A stretch of DNA of 64,000 nt from Octopus vulgaris (GCA_951406725.2 OX597821.1:1488001-1552000); one strand, 5' to 3'; positions 13,476 to 26,487 are shown, counted from the stretch's first letter. Notes: generated from the letters alone by a model not told the origin. Translations and numbers: made by a program.

Positions 13476-13476
<1 letters not shown>
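12983..13476. mobile_element. Fold-back Penelope-like element, family E (arms 12983-13188 and 13195-13371, extension to 13476), flanked by (TA)n
   Basis: Inverted arms around aactaa; ~39-bp tandem duplication in the left arm; homologous to 22617-23036 and 39181-39560. Confidence 0.75.
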
Positions 13477-13510
<34 letters not shown>

Positions 13511-13545
13511 ATATATATATGTATATATATATATATATATGTTTA

Positions 13546-13586
<41 letters not shown>

Positions 13587-13597
13587 GTATGCACATA

Positions 13598-13994
13598 TAG
13601 CGTGCGTGGTGGTGTGGTAAGAAGCTTGATTCCCAACCACATAGTTCCGGGTTCAGTTCCACTGCGTGGCACCTTGGGCAAGTGTTTACTACTCTAACCT
13701 CAGGCTGACCAAAGCCTTGTGAGTGGATTTCGTAGACAGAAACTGAAAGAATCCAGTCGTATATATAGAAATGTATATATTTGTGTGCTTGTGTCTGTGC
13801 TTATCTCCCCACCATCACTTGACAACCAATGTTGGTGTGTTTACGTCCCTGTAATTTAGCGGTTCAGCAAAAGGGGCCGATAGTATAAGTACTAGGCTTA
13901 CAAAGAATAAATCCATGGGTCAATTTGTTCAACTAAAAGAGGTGCTCCAGCATGGCTGCTGTCAAATGACTGAAACAAGGAAATGATTAAATGA

Positions 13995-13995
<1 letters not shown>
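13598..13995 (+). mobile_element. Family A SINE
   Basis: Head, CORE-like and tail motifs as in the other copies. Confidence 0.9.
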
Positions 13996-14065
<70 letters not shown>

Positions 14066-14079
14066 CGTGTATGTATAAA

Positions 14080-14452
14080 TACGAGCAAAACACCCCCCCG
14101 ACCAATAGACGGTGCTAAGTTGTCAAACATTTAAACCAAATTTTCTTAAAACAACTTGTCCGACCGTCTCATACCCCCCCCCTTTGAGAAAAAGCATTTA
14201 ACCTAAATTTGAGACACCAGCTAAAGAAGAAATAAAGATAGACTTTTTTTCTATTCCAAAGAAAAACGATTTTATTCACTTTATCGATCGCATTCTCACC
14301 TGAAATCGGATTTTATAATTTTTTCAAGACTTATACACGCCATGATACCGTCGGTGTCTACATATCAAATTTGAGCGCAATCGGACGGAGGATGCCCGAG
14401 ATGCTAGAAGACACACAAACAGAAAGACAGAACGGATTTTATATTTTATATA
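14080..14452 (-). mobile_element. Possible non-autonomous Helitron/Helentron-like element in (TA)n
   Basis: The minus strand starts cttatataaaatataaaa..ctgtctttctgtttgtg..ccgattgcgctcaaattt, like the 5' parts of the Helitrons at 38857 and 49382; no 3' CTAG found. Confidence 0.35.
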
Positions 14453-14460
14453 AGTATATA

Positions 14461-14493
<33 letters not shown>

Positions 14494-14505
14494 ATATATG
14501 TATAT

Positions 14506-14624
14506 ATCACGTGATCACGTGACCGACCAGACCATCAGATGTTGCTACACATCGCTGGTCACAATGCATTCGCATTGTTTTAGCCTTCGATTGATGCCAC
14601 CCCGCTGGCTAAGCGAGCAGGCCA
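14506..14624 (-). mobile_element. Short retroposon 3' end with an RTE-like tail
   Basis: The minus strand tgtgaccagcgatgtg...ctgatggtctggtcggtcacgtgatcacgtga matches the RTE 3' end at 27125-27187. Confidence 0.65.
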
Positions 14625-14625
14625 A

Positions 14626-14668
<43 letters not shown>

Positions 14669-14754
14669 TATAATACACATAAACATGCATATATACATCG
14701 GCTTGGTGACGCAAACAAGAAAAAAATTGAGCTAAAAGTACGGTTATATGTTTT

Positions 14755-14867
14755 TTGTTAATAATATTTAGCCAGATTTATTATTATTCTTTTACCCAAC
14801 AGTGCTGTCTTCTGGATCATCTTGAGCCTCGCCCCACAAATATGAGGTATTGCGCCTATAAGAAGCC

Positions 14868-14868
<1 letters not shown>
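14755..14868 (-). pseudogene. R4/Dong-like ORF C-terminal fragment adjacent to (TAA)n
   Basis: LKMIQKTALLGKRII resembles the IQKxALLGTAHIL end of R4-clade ORFs seen at 46690 and 51500. Confidence 0.55.
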
Positions 14869-15705
<837 letters not shown>

Positions 15706-16355
15706 GTTAGACTTAGTGTTACTAATGTTATAAACTTTCGTAAGTTTGGCATAAACCTGGGAATAACGAAGGTTAATTGCTTCCACAGCTTCTTTTTTAT
15801 TCAAGACAAAAACTTATAAATCGGAGAGAAAGAGGGAGAGAGAGAGCGAGAGAGGGAGAGAGCTAGAAAGAGCTAGAAAGAGAGAGCGATATACAGAGAA
15901 AGAAAGTGAAACGAGAGTTAATACTTTTAACCAAATATTGATAGGAGAAAAAGAAACAGTTAGACATATGAATATTTTAACAGATCAGTACATAAATCAT
16001 AGAGTACACTCGAATCCTGAACATAGTATAATAAATATGTCGTTAATATCAACGAAGTGTTATAGATTTCGTGAGGTTCATATATACGAAGCAAGAGGCT
16101 AGCAACATTCAATATGCAAAATAATCAACATCATTACACACATCCTACGTTTTATATTTACAGCTCTTCAATTACAAACGCTAGAAACACTTACCAATAT
16201 TTTATGACTTCCCTTCATATAAACGTACTAATAAATTGTCACTAATGATTTATTGGTTTTTGCATATTCATCTGCATATATATATGCATTGATTCAAATC
16301 ACAGACTCTGGGCTGTGTAATGTAATGTGTGTGCTTGCATATTATATACATATAT

Positions 16356-16420
<65 letters not shown>

Positions 16421-16554
16421 TATATATATACATGTATACATATACATGTATTTATATATATATATATATATATATTTAGGGAATTATATATATATTTCTA
16501 CACACAGTCACGTACACACAAACATATATAATTATATATATACATATGTATATA

Positions 16555-16602
<48 letters not shown>

Positions 16603-16628
16603 TATATATATATATTTATATATATATA

Positions 16629-17240
16629 ATTTAAAGGACTGACCACTAAAAGTGGACGGTCAATATGCTAGATAAAGACGTCACAATCGCTATTTTCCAC
16701 GAAGAATGTGTTCTCAAGAATGTTCTCTAACCGGTAAATTGACTGCTGTAATTTATTAACTGCAGGGTAGATTTCCGATCTCAGCGCGCCAAATTGAAGG
16801 CATTTGAAAGATACACATAAATATAATTTGTTGAACTCTATGCATGCGGGACTCCGGTCAAGCGTTATGCATCTGGTTCTGGAAATTAGGTTTGTATACG
16901 ACAGACTATGCTGATGAGCTTGCAGATGTTCGCGTATGCATATGCGTGGATATTAACAAGTGAAACTGATCGGTACATAGGTAATCGTTTTTATTTCGTA
17001 TATTTTCATTTGTCTTGCTTATCTTTTACACTTTGGTTTGGTGCTGAGTTTTTTCTTGAGAACACATTCTTCGTGGAAAATAGCGATTTTCACGTCTATA
17101 TCTAGCATATTGACCGTCCACTTTTAGTGGTCAGTCCTTTAAATTTTGTATGTAAAAATATTTTAATCTTCGGATTTTTTTAATATGCTAGACCACTGGT
17201 TTTAATTTATTAATATCAATTTCTAACCTTATTCAATTTT
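16629..17240 (+). mobile_element. Penelope-like 3' fragment: inverted partial terminal repeat (16629-16720 vs 17052-17144), hammerhead, 3' extension, flanked by (TA)n
   Basis: ~92-bp inverted repeat; hammerhead 16906-16980; upstream remnant RQIEGI...NLLNSMHAG is reminiscent of a GIY-YIG C-terminus (weak). Confidence 0.75.
16906..16980 (+). ncRNA. Type I hammerhead ribozyme motif with an extended stem II
   Basis: CTATG CTGATGA GCTTG..(long hairpin)..CAAGT GAAA CTGATCGG TA CATAG; intact core, GUA triplet. Confidence 0.85.
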
Positions 17241-17300
17241 ATATATATATATATATAGATAGATATGTCTATATATATATTTATATATATTTATATATAC

Positions 17301-17362
<62 letters not shown>

Positions 17363-17398
17363 TTATATATATATATATATGTCTATATATATACCTAC

Positions 17399-17815
17399 AT
17401 GGTGGTGGTTGTCTACTCCTTATGAAGAGTTTGACCACCTCCTGTACCTACACCTTAGCACCATCATGGCCTCTGGTGTGGCTTCTGAAATCAGACAATA
17501 TTCTAAAAAGACACTCACACAGATCACACCTTCGATTTGGGCCACCAAGAGTTGCAGGTAAGTTCTAATCTTCGTGCATCTTAAAATATCTTTTGAGGCC
17601 TCCGTTGTATTTGCAAACCTACTGTCATACACTGCATTCAAAGTTGTGCATAGACATATAGGCAGAATAGTTGGTGGAGGTTCGTTTTCCATGCGCTCGC
17701 AGATGAGATTTGAGGCCAGCAAAAGACAGGCATGGTCTGTCACAGACTCTGCACACAAAAACGTCATTGTCATTCACCTTCTCGATCGCTATATTCTTCC
17801 TTAGGTCTCTTTTGA
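17399..17815 (-). pseudogene. LINE 3' fragment with C-terminal C2H2 zinc finger(s), RTE-like
   Basis: FVCRVCDRPCLSFAGLKSHLRAH plus a second decayed finger; followed by a 3' UTR ending accaccaccat at (TA)n. Confidence 0.65.
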
Positions 17816-17844
17816 GTCTTGTTTCAATAATAATAATAATAATA

Positions 17845-18620
17845 AAAAACATTGAAAGTACCAACCAGAGATTCCATTACCTTAGTGCGCTCGAGACAGC
17901 AGATCCGTTTCAAGAAGAAGAAGAAGAAGAAGAAGAAGAAGAAGAAGAAGAAGAAGAAGAAGAAGAAGAAGAAGAAGAAGAAGAAGAAGAAGAAGAAGAA
18001 GAAGAAGAAGAAGAAGAAACTTCCTGTGAGCAATGAAAAGTGGAATTGTTATTGGGAAGTGGCTGCAGATTTACCAGGGTGCCAAGGACTCTTTCTCGTC
18101 CCAGTTACGAAAAAACCGGACATTTTAATGTGGTGTGAAAGAAAAGATTTGTGAATCTAGTTGAGTTAACTGTTTTCCATGAAGATAATAACATGGACGC
18201 CGCTCGGGCTTGAAAGATTGGTCGTTACGTAAATGTTCTCGATGAATGTGAAGACACAGGCTGGAAAGCGGAGCATTTTCAAATCGAAGTCGGATGTAGA
18301 GGATTTTTGGACATAGTGTGAGGTTACTGTTGTTATCGTTAGGCCTAACTCATCGTAAAGTAAATACCGCTATGACCAATATCCAAACTACAGTAGGAAA
18401 GGCTAGCCACTGGATTTGGTTAAAAGGGAGACGATGAGCGATGACTAGAAGTATTGAGCCCTAGTTGATATCCAGTTGATCTCGCAAGCAGGGCCTCATA
18501 TGCGTAATGATGCCGTCGTGAGGTAGGCCCCGAAACGGCGCGCATTCTCTTCTGATGACCCCATACTCTTGCTGGCTTCCGATATGCGGAGCATTCAACT
18601 GGTAGCACTTTCATGTCCAA
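17845..18620 (+). pseudogene. HERO-clade (R2 group) non-LTR 3' fragment: restriction-like endonuclease domain and 3' UTR, with an in-frame (AAG)n expansion
   Basis: ITLVRS..polyK..WEVAADL..TKKPDILMW / LVELTV / GRY..LDECEDTGWK / IEVGCRGF / KASHWIWLK across frameshifts. Confidence 0.8.
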
Positions 18621-18717
18621 GTTGTTTGTAAAACATCTAGATTCATCTCTAATTAGTGCAAGACTTTCATCGCTCGAGCAACTGGAACAAGGATTTTTTC
18701 AAATTTTCAAGACCACT

Positions 18718-19294
18718 AATAAAACTAAAAGCACTCGGAGAACACAGCTCCCCGCTAAGCAGCTCATATACACGCATGCTGAAAATCGCCCAATTTCCCA
18801 AACCAACGCCGTCAAAAACATAACCTTTTTGGCGGGGTAAAAAAAAAACACAGCCATATGATTTTTAAAAAAAAACCTTTAAAAACAGGAATCATCCCAA
18901 TAGTCAAGGCTTGTCATGTCATCCTCTCAAGACCTCCACCAAGCAACTCATATGCGAGTAAAATTACTAATAGAGAAACGAAAATAAACTTTAGAAACAG
19001 CAACGCCACCATAGGTTCCCGTGAAAATGATGAACGTGTTTTCAAGGGAGATAATCAAAGAACGTAACATTGTAATACTTCGTGTAAAGTAAATATAACA
19101 AATGAAAAATCTCTCAAGAATCCATATAAATTCCAGGATCACTACCGAAATTTCATCATCTGTTCCTTGTGTCATTACCAACTTTTCCTGCCCGTTTCAT
19201 TAAATACCGTCCGCAACTTTTTGAGTTATTTTGCACACAGACGGACAAGCCGACGCCGATGAAAACATAACCTCTTTCCTTGGGGGAGGTAATA
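18718..19294 (+). mobile_element. Probable Helentron-associated non-autonomous element (HINE-like)
   Basis: Ends with cacagacggaca..gaaaacataacctc..ttgggggaggtaataa (hairpin); an internal copy of this end lies at 18814-18840. Confidence 0.5.
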
Positions 19295-19559
19295 AAACCG
19301 TCAATAGCATTAGCAGTTACCTATCGGATTTCTTATTAGGAAATTCACAAGCTTATATATCTATAGATTCAATTCCTGGTCCTGTAGATGTTGTCAACTA
19401 TCATCTTGATTACTTGAATTCTAAGGGACCGCCCAGGTTTCAATCGCAACTAATTCATTGAAAATAATAGCTAACACCCTTCTACACCGATCAACTTGAT
19501 CAGCCACCCGCTTTCGGTGACATCAGAGAAGGCATTAACGCCTATAACTGTCAGCTATA

Positions 19560-20330
19560 CTGGGTTTTTTTTCATAACAAAAATGCGTTTATCTCTAGAT
19601 TGCCTTTCACATCATCTAGCATTGTACTTTTCTATAACAGGGTAAAACGTTTCTAAGCCATCTTGAAAGAACTCATAGTTATCCAAGGTTTTTTTTTAGT
19701 TGAAAGCCGAATCAGAAATTGATTAAACTGAGCTATTCGACATTTTAGAAATGCTGGTGAAGTAAAGGCTTTTATTTTATATTCCTTCCCTGTAGTAGAA
19801 ACAAACGATCTTTAGACACTTCAAATTGTAGAGATGGCGGTTTTCACTAGAAATAAAATTCCTAGTTCACATGCACTTCTACAAAAGTCCAGTTTCATTA
19901 ATATCATACAAGTGTTCTGGTCTGTAACTTATAACGTTTCTTCGATTCCTCTGGATTATTATTAGCAGCCTCTGTATCAGCACTGACAGCTTCACCGATC
20001 ATTTTAATGTTGTACACAATAAGGCACTTCTTAATAGTTTAAAATCAGAGTTAATAGCCAGAAAAGATTCAGTGTCAGCAGCTACATCTTCCAATTTCTG
20101 CATATCGTTATGCAAACTTTTAACATTCTGCTTAAATGATCATTGTGTTTAACGATAAATTACGTTCAGTCAGATCGTCCATCTACACATTCAGGAGACG
20201 AAACTCATTACGCATCATATCAGAGCTACAGAACCAAACGATGTCCAGGCAGTTAACGGAGCTTGGCCACCTGACTTAGTTTTATTTTCATTGTCACGTC
20301 CTTTTCCCATTGTAGACGTTCCAAGATTTG
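19560..20330 (-). pseudogene. Decayed pogo/Tigger transposase
   Basis: Minus strand: KSLHNDM, YNIKMIGEAVSADTEAA, YRPEHLYDINETGL, SKDRLFLLQG, KPLL, KKPWIT, in Tigger DDE-domain order. Confidence 0.75.
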
Positions 20331-20936
20331 TCGCTTGTTCTTCCAATATGGCTGAATTTTCTCACTCAACTAACCTAAAATATCAAGTAGTTTTAAGTTC
20401 AACATAGTCTTTTGCTTGTGTACATATGTGTGTACACAATATATATATATATATATATATACATACATACATATATATGTGTGTATATATACATACATAT
20501 GCATACATATATACACATACATATATACATATATATATACATACACACATATATATACATACATACACGTACAAACACACACACACACTCACACACGCAG
20601 ACAGACAGACAGACACACATATATATAAGTATGCGCATTAGCATGTATGTTTATTGGGGCTTACGATTCTATCGGAGGCAGATTTATATAATTTACGAAT
20701 GATTGCGGTATACACTAATATATTCATATATACACATACTAATGTGTGAGTGTATGCGTGGTGTGCATGTGTACAGAAATATATAAGCAATGCATGCTAA
20801 CTATATCAAATTAACCTTAGAGAGTAGGGTTTCATTTGAGGATTATTTAGCTACTATGTCTATCATGTCATCATGTCGTGCAACTGAATAAGGTCCTTGT
20901 TTAGGCTCAATTGTGTATTATGTATGTATGTTATTG

Positions 20937-21135
20937 AGGAGGTGCCATGACCCAGTGGTTAGGGTAGCGGACTCGCGGTCGTAGAATCGTTTTGATTCCG
21001 AAACCGGGTGTTGTGAGTGTTTATAGGGCGAGAACACCTAAAGCTCCTCGAGTCTCCGGCAGGAGATGGTGGTGAATCCTGCTGTACTCTTTCACCACAA
21101 CTTTCTCTCACTCTTCCTTTCAGTTTCTGTTGTAA
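20937..21135 (+). mobile_element. Family C SINE head
   Basis: cagtggttagggtagcggactcgcggtcgtag...gtgagtgttt...acacctaaagctcc. Confidence 0.8.
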
Positions 21136-21244
21136 CGGGATCTGTAGTCTTCAAATCAGCTTTCTCCTTTCTGGTTTTGAGAAGCCTCACTTCTCAAGAT
21201 TGGTATTTAGGCAGTGTTACATTCCCCAGTGCTCCAATAATAGT

Positions 21245-21503
21245 ATGCATGTATGTATGTATGTATGTATGTATGTATGTATGTATGTATGTATGTATGT
21301 ATGTATGTATGTATGTATGTACGTATGTATTTATGTATGTATGTATGTATGTATGTATGTATTTATGTATGTATGTATGTATGTATGTATGTATTTATGT
21401 ATGTATGTATGTATGTATGTATGTATGTATGTATGTATGTATGTATGTATGTATGTATGTATGTATGTATGTATGTATGTATGTATGTATGTATGTATGT
21501 ATG
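21245..21503. repeat. (GTAT)n microsatellite
   Basis: Direct reading. Confidence 0.98.
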
Positions 21504-21654
21504 CATTTTCTTCTTATTTATATACTCGTGTTCTTCCTTGGCGGAGAGACGTAGTTTCTATCACAAACACAAAAGCTTCAACATCGGGTTTCATTAGCCA
21601 CAACCATAATTGATACTTACCGAATTTCCACAGTCTTGTGTAATTCCTTTATAC

Positions 21655-21795
21655 GATAGGCACAAGGGGCCCGAAATTATGGAACATTAGGATATTCGAT
21701 TACATCGACCCCAGTGCTCGACTGGTACCTATTTTATGGATACCAAAGGTTGAAAGCCGAAATCGTCCTCGGCAGAATATGAACTCAGGACGTAT
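21655..21795 (-). mobile_element. Family B SINE, partial
   Basis: ggcacaagg...cgattacatcgaccccagtg...ctcggcagaatatgaactcag. Confidence 0.8.
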
Positions 21796-21903
21796 TCACT
21801 TACAAGTTTCCGACAAATATTATAGATGCAATCTATCCATCCATCCATCCACCTATATCTATCGATCTATGTATGTATGTATGTATGTATGTATGTATGT
21901 ATG

Positions 21904-21962
<59 letters not shown>

Positions 21963-21964
21963 AG

Positions 21965-22290
21965 TGGAGGGGCAATGGCCCAATGGTTAAGGCAGCGGAC
22001 TCACAGTCGTAGGATCGTTGTTTCGATTCCCAGACCGGCCGTTGTGAGTGCTTTTTGAGTGAAAACACCTAAAGCTCTACGAGGCTCCGGCAGCGGGTGG
22101 TGGCGAACCCTGCTGTATTTTTTCGCCACAATTTCCTATCACTCTTTCTTCCTGTTTCTGTTATGCCTGATTTTCAAAGGGCCAGTCTTGTCACACAATG
22201 TGTCACACTCCCCGAGAACTATACTAAGCGTACACGTGTGTGTGGAGTGCTCAGCTGGAACCATCATCGTCGTTTCTGACGGAGTGCCAC
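21965..22290 (+). mobile_element. Family C SINE
   Basis: tRNA-like head; tail ends gtcgtttctgacggagtgcc. Confidence 0.85.
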
Positions 22291-22616
22291 GATCTGCCTA
22301 TCTATTTTATATTTTCATCTCTTATCATTTACTTCTTACAGTCATTAAATTGCGGCCATGTTGGAACACCACCACGAACGGTTTAGTTGAACAAATAGAC
22401 CACAGTAGTTATTCCTGTTTCTAAGCCTGGTACTTGTATCGTTCTCCTTTTGCCGAACTGCTAATTTACGAGGACCTAAGGAAACCAACAGTGGTTGTCA
22501 AGCAATCATACAGGAAAAAAAAACCCACAAAGCAAAAACATGCATAAATGTAACAACGGGCTTCCTTCAGTTTCCGTCTACCATGATTTTAAATATGCAT
22601 ATATATATATATATAT

Positions 22617-23036
22617 ACTAAGCAATTGAGGGTTTAGCATAACGAATTGCCTCACCACACCGAATTTAGAAATAGCAGTCAAAGAGTTATAGCTATTCTT
22701 TCTACTAAAAGGGAGATCTCAGTAAAAACACACCACTTGAAAGGCAAACACAGACAGGTAGAGAGAATGAAATGACGGCAATCCATCATACAATTTTAAG
22801 TCACCTACGGACGTACATTTCGAAATCAAGTTTTAGGAAAGCATAAGAATTAGATAATTCTACCTTACCCAACTTCTTTTCTCATCAGCGTAGGATACTA
22901 CAATTATGAATAAATGTATATTAAATTTGTGAGTTGAGATGATGCCTTCTAGTATCTCAAAATTTAATATACAATTATTCTCAATTGTAGTATCCTACGC
23001 TGATGAGAAAAGAAGTTGGGTAAGGTAGAATTATCT
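22617..23036 (-). mobile_element. Family E Penelope-like element with hammerhead and truncated fold-back arm
   Basis: 22617-22780 is homologous to 12983-13140; inverted arms ~22852-22927 and ~22958-23036. Confidence 0.75.
22804..22894 (-). ncRNA. Type I hammerhead ribozyme motif
   Basis: Minus strand CCTACG CTGATGA GAAA...TTTC GAAA TGTACG TC CGTAGG: 6-bp stem I, 4-bp stem II, near-palindromic stem III, GUC triplet. Confidence 0.85.
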
Positions 23037-23366
23037 CATCGTCGTTTCTGACGGAGTGCCACGATCTGCCTATCTATTTTACATTTTCATCTCTTATCAT
23101 TTACTTCTTACAGTCATTAAATTGCGGCCATGTTGGAACACCACCACAAACGGTTTAGTTGAACAAATAGACCACAGTAGTTATTCCTGTTTCTAAGCCT
23201 GGTACTTGTATCCTTCTCCTTTTGCCGAACTGCTAATTTACGAGGACCTAAGGAAACCAACAGTGGTTGTCAAGCAATCATACAGGAAAAAAAATTATTC
23301 AAAGCAAAAACATGCATAAATGTAACAACGGGCTTCCTTCAGTTTCCGTCTACCATGATATTTATA

Positions 23367-23415
<49 letters not shown>

Positions 23416-23434
23416 TCATTCATATATATATTAT

Positions 23435-23570
23435 TTCTGTGTTCCTTTCTGTGGATGACGGAAGGCTCGAAACGTTAAAGACTTTTCAATTTCCCGAGCG
23501 TTAAACTACTGCATCTGTTTGTTGCCTACACCACCTGTCTTCATCTTTTTTTTTTGCGAATTCTCCCTAT
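23435..23570 (+). mobile_element. Family D fragment with a degenerate hammerhead
   Basis: CTTT CTGTGGA...GCTC GAAA CG TT AAAG followed by ttcccgagcg..aaacta, as at 12780. Confidence 0.6.
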
Positions 23571-23984
23571 ACATATATATATATAGATATATATATATAT
23601 ATACATATATATATGAAGATATGCACACATATATAGACACACACACATATATATACACACACAGGCACATAAAAACGGACACAAACACACACGCACACAC
23701 GTATGCACAGACATCTTAGCTTTCAACATTTGAACATTCATAGATATGTGCAAGTGACAAGCTCAAGACTTGCAAAATTCAAAACTAAATAACGAATAGT
23801 AGAAGTAATATAACAACTTTAACAACGATAGCACTTCCAATATCATACGTCAAAACTTAAGTAAAATTGTCAACGATACAACTATACAAATATACATACA
23901 TATATACATACATACATACATACATATATATGCGTGTGTGTATGTGTGTGTATATATATATGTATACATATATACATATATATG

Positions 23985-24084
<100 letters not shown>

Positions 24085-24419
24085 GTATGTATGTATGTAT
24101 GTAGATGCGTTGATATTTCTGTGTGCATTTACATGTCTTTGAGAGATTGGAAACATAATTTAACTCTATGGAAAGCTAATAAAAAATTCATAAAATTACT
24201 ATAATGAGAAATATTATAGTGTCTGGAAAAATAAGTTGCTTAAATGAGCACATATTTAAAAAAAACAAAACCATTGGGTAGCTACTTCTACTTACTCTAT
24301 GTCGGCAAAGTAACTAACAGTGATTTTATGAGTTTGTGCTGAGTTTATACTTGGAATAAAAGTACTGCAGAAGTGGTGAGTGGGAGAATGAGTTCACATA
24401 TGTATGTTGTATGTTTAAA

Positions 24420-24768
24420 TGCACATGGCTGGCTCTATGGTTAAGAAGCTTGGTGTTCAGCGACGTGGCTTCAGGTGCGTTTCCAACGCGTGGAAACATG
24501 AGCACTTGCTTTGTATTATAGCTTCGGGGGTGAATATGTGAATGAATTTGATAGAGAGAAACTGTGTAGAAGTTCGTCATATACATAGATACTTAAATTT
24601 ATATATTTATGTATATTTTAAACTCGTAGGTGGAGTGTCTCTGCGGTAATTAGCTTGCTTACCGACCACATAGTTCCGGGTTCAGTCTTCTACTATAGCC
24701 TCGGTCTGACCAAAGCCTTGTGAGTGGATTTGGGAGACGGAAACTAAAAGAATCCCGTCGTATATATG

Positions 24769-24807
<39 letters not shown>

Positions 24808-25940
24808 ATGTGTGTATATGTTTGTGTGTCTGTGTTTATCCCCCACCCCAACATCGCTTGACAACAGATGCTGGTGTGTTCACGTTCCCGTAACTTAGCG
24901 GTTCGGCAAAAGAGACCGATAGAATAAGTGCTAGGCTTACAAAGAATAAGTCCTGGGGTCTATTTGCTCAACTGAAGACGGTGGTCCAGCATGGCCGCAG
25001 TCAAATGACAAACAAATAAAAGAATAAAAGAAAGAAAAGAATATATATATAGGCGCAGGAGTGGCTGTGTGGTAAGTAGCTTGCTTACCAACCACATAGT
25101 TCCGGGTTCAGTCCCACTGCGTGACACCATGGGCAAGTGTCTTCTACTATAGCCTCGGGCCGACCAAAGTCTTGTGAGTGGATTTGGTAGACGGAAACTG
25201 AAAGAAGCCCGTCGTATATATGTGTATATATATATATGTGTGTGTCTGTTTGTCCCCCTATCATTATTTGACAACCGATGCTGGTGTGTTTATGTCCCCG
25301 TTACTTAGCGGTTCGGCAAAAGAGACCGATAGAATAAGTACTGGGCTTACAAAAGAATAAGTCCCGGGATCGAGTTGCTCGACTAAAGGCGGTGCTCCAG
25401 CATGGCAGCAGTCAAAATGACTGAAACAAGGAAAAAGAAAAAGAAAAAAAAAATATATATACATCTACGCAGACGCAAATAGGTTGAACACAGAAATGCA
25501 CACACACACCCACACACACACATATATAGGCGTAGGCTTGGCTATGTGGCGAAAAGGTTGCTTCCCAACCACATGGTTCCCAATTTAGTTCCCCTGCATG
25601 TCACGTTTGAGCGTCTTCTAGTATAGCTTCAGGCCAACCAAAACCTTGTCAGTGGATGTGGTGGACGGAATCATATGTATCTATGTGTGTATGTATGTAT
25701 GTATGTATGTATGTATGTATGTATGTATACATTTGGGTGTTTGTGCCTATGTTTGTTCCTCCGCCATCGCTTGACAACCAGCCTTGCTGGGTTTACGTCC
25801 CCGTAACTTAGCAGTTCGGCAAAAGACGTCGATAGAGTATGTACCAGGCTTACAAAGCTGAAGTCCTGGGGTCTATTTCTTCGACTAAAACACTGTGCTC
25901 TAGTACGGCAACAGTCAAAATGACCGAAACCAGTAAAAGT
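24420..25940 (+). mobile_element. Head-to-tail cluster of family A SINEs (old head 24420-24580; 24625-25030; 25052-25445; 25528-25940)
   Basis: Repeated head, microsatellite and tail modules. Confidence 0.9.
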
Positions 25941-25946
25941 GTATAT

Positions 25947-25984
<38 letters not shown>

Positions 25985-26174
25985 AGATGAATATATGCGC
26001 ATGTTCACACACATGCATACTTAAAGCTACAGTGAAACACGTGCACCTGCTGAAGGAGCATGCGCAAGTGTGCAGGAAGGACAAATTATATAACGATGTG
26101 AATTTCTGAAATTTACGCTCAAATAAATATATACATATATACATACATGCATACATACATTATATATAACATTA

Positions 26175-26487
26175 AATATATATTGACAAAAATGGTAAGA
26201 AAACAAAAGAATGAAAGAGACCTCGATATTATGTAAATAGAGGAATTTATCTGTAAATGTAATATGTGACAATTAGACAATTATTCGGTAGTCATAATAA
26301 AACTCCGAGTTTCGGATGCCGAGGTGGAAATCCACGTCGCCATCTCTTCAGTTATCCGGCCATCGGAAAAGAAAAGAAAATGGCCGGATAACTGAAGAGA
26401 TAGCGACGTGGTTTTCTACCTTGGCATCCGAAACTCGGAGTTTTATCATGGCTAGCGAAGGATTGTCACATATTATATTTACAGATA
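26175..26487. mobile_element. Fold-back Penelope-like element, family F (arms ~26248-26363 and 26380-26487) in a TA-rich tract
   Basis: Inverted arms around a 16-nt loop; hammerhead in each arm; left-side extension; relative at 37705-37923. Confidence 0.75.
26387..26447 (+). ncRNA. Type I hammerhead motif (mirror copy on - strand at 26296-26356)
   Basis: GATAA CTGAAGA GAT..(hairpin)..ATC c GAAA CTC g GAG TT TTATC; GUU triplet. Confidence 0.7.

Larger units (their letters stand above)
22264..23385. repeat. ~350-bp direct duplication (22264-~22615 and 23036-~23385) bracketing a family E fold-back element
   Basis: Both copies run tcatcgtcgtttctgacggagtgcc...gtctaccatgat..tatgcatatata at high identity. 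Confidence 0.92.

Noticed and set aside
17625-17790. C2H2 zinc finger as a host ZNF gene exon
   Set aside because: No TGEKP linkers, a decayed second finger, and a LINE-like UTR and tail; better explained as a retrotransposon C-terminus
18490-18562. GAAAC and CTGATGA motifs in the HERO 3' UTR resembling a hammerhead
   Set aside because: gccgTC..GAAAcggc pairs, but CTGATGA lies outside that stem and I could not build stems I and II in a valid topology; probably a structured LINE UTR
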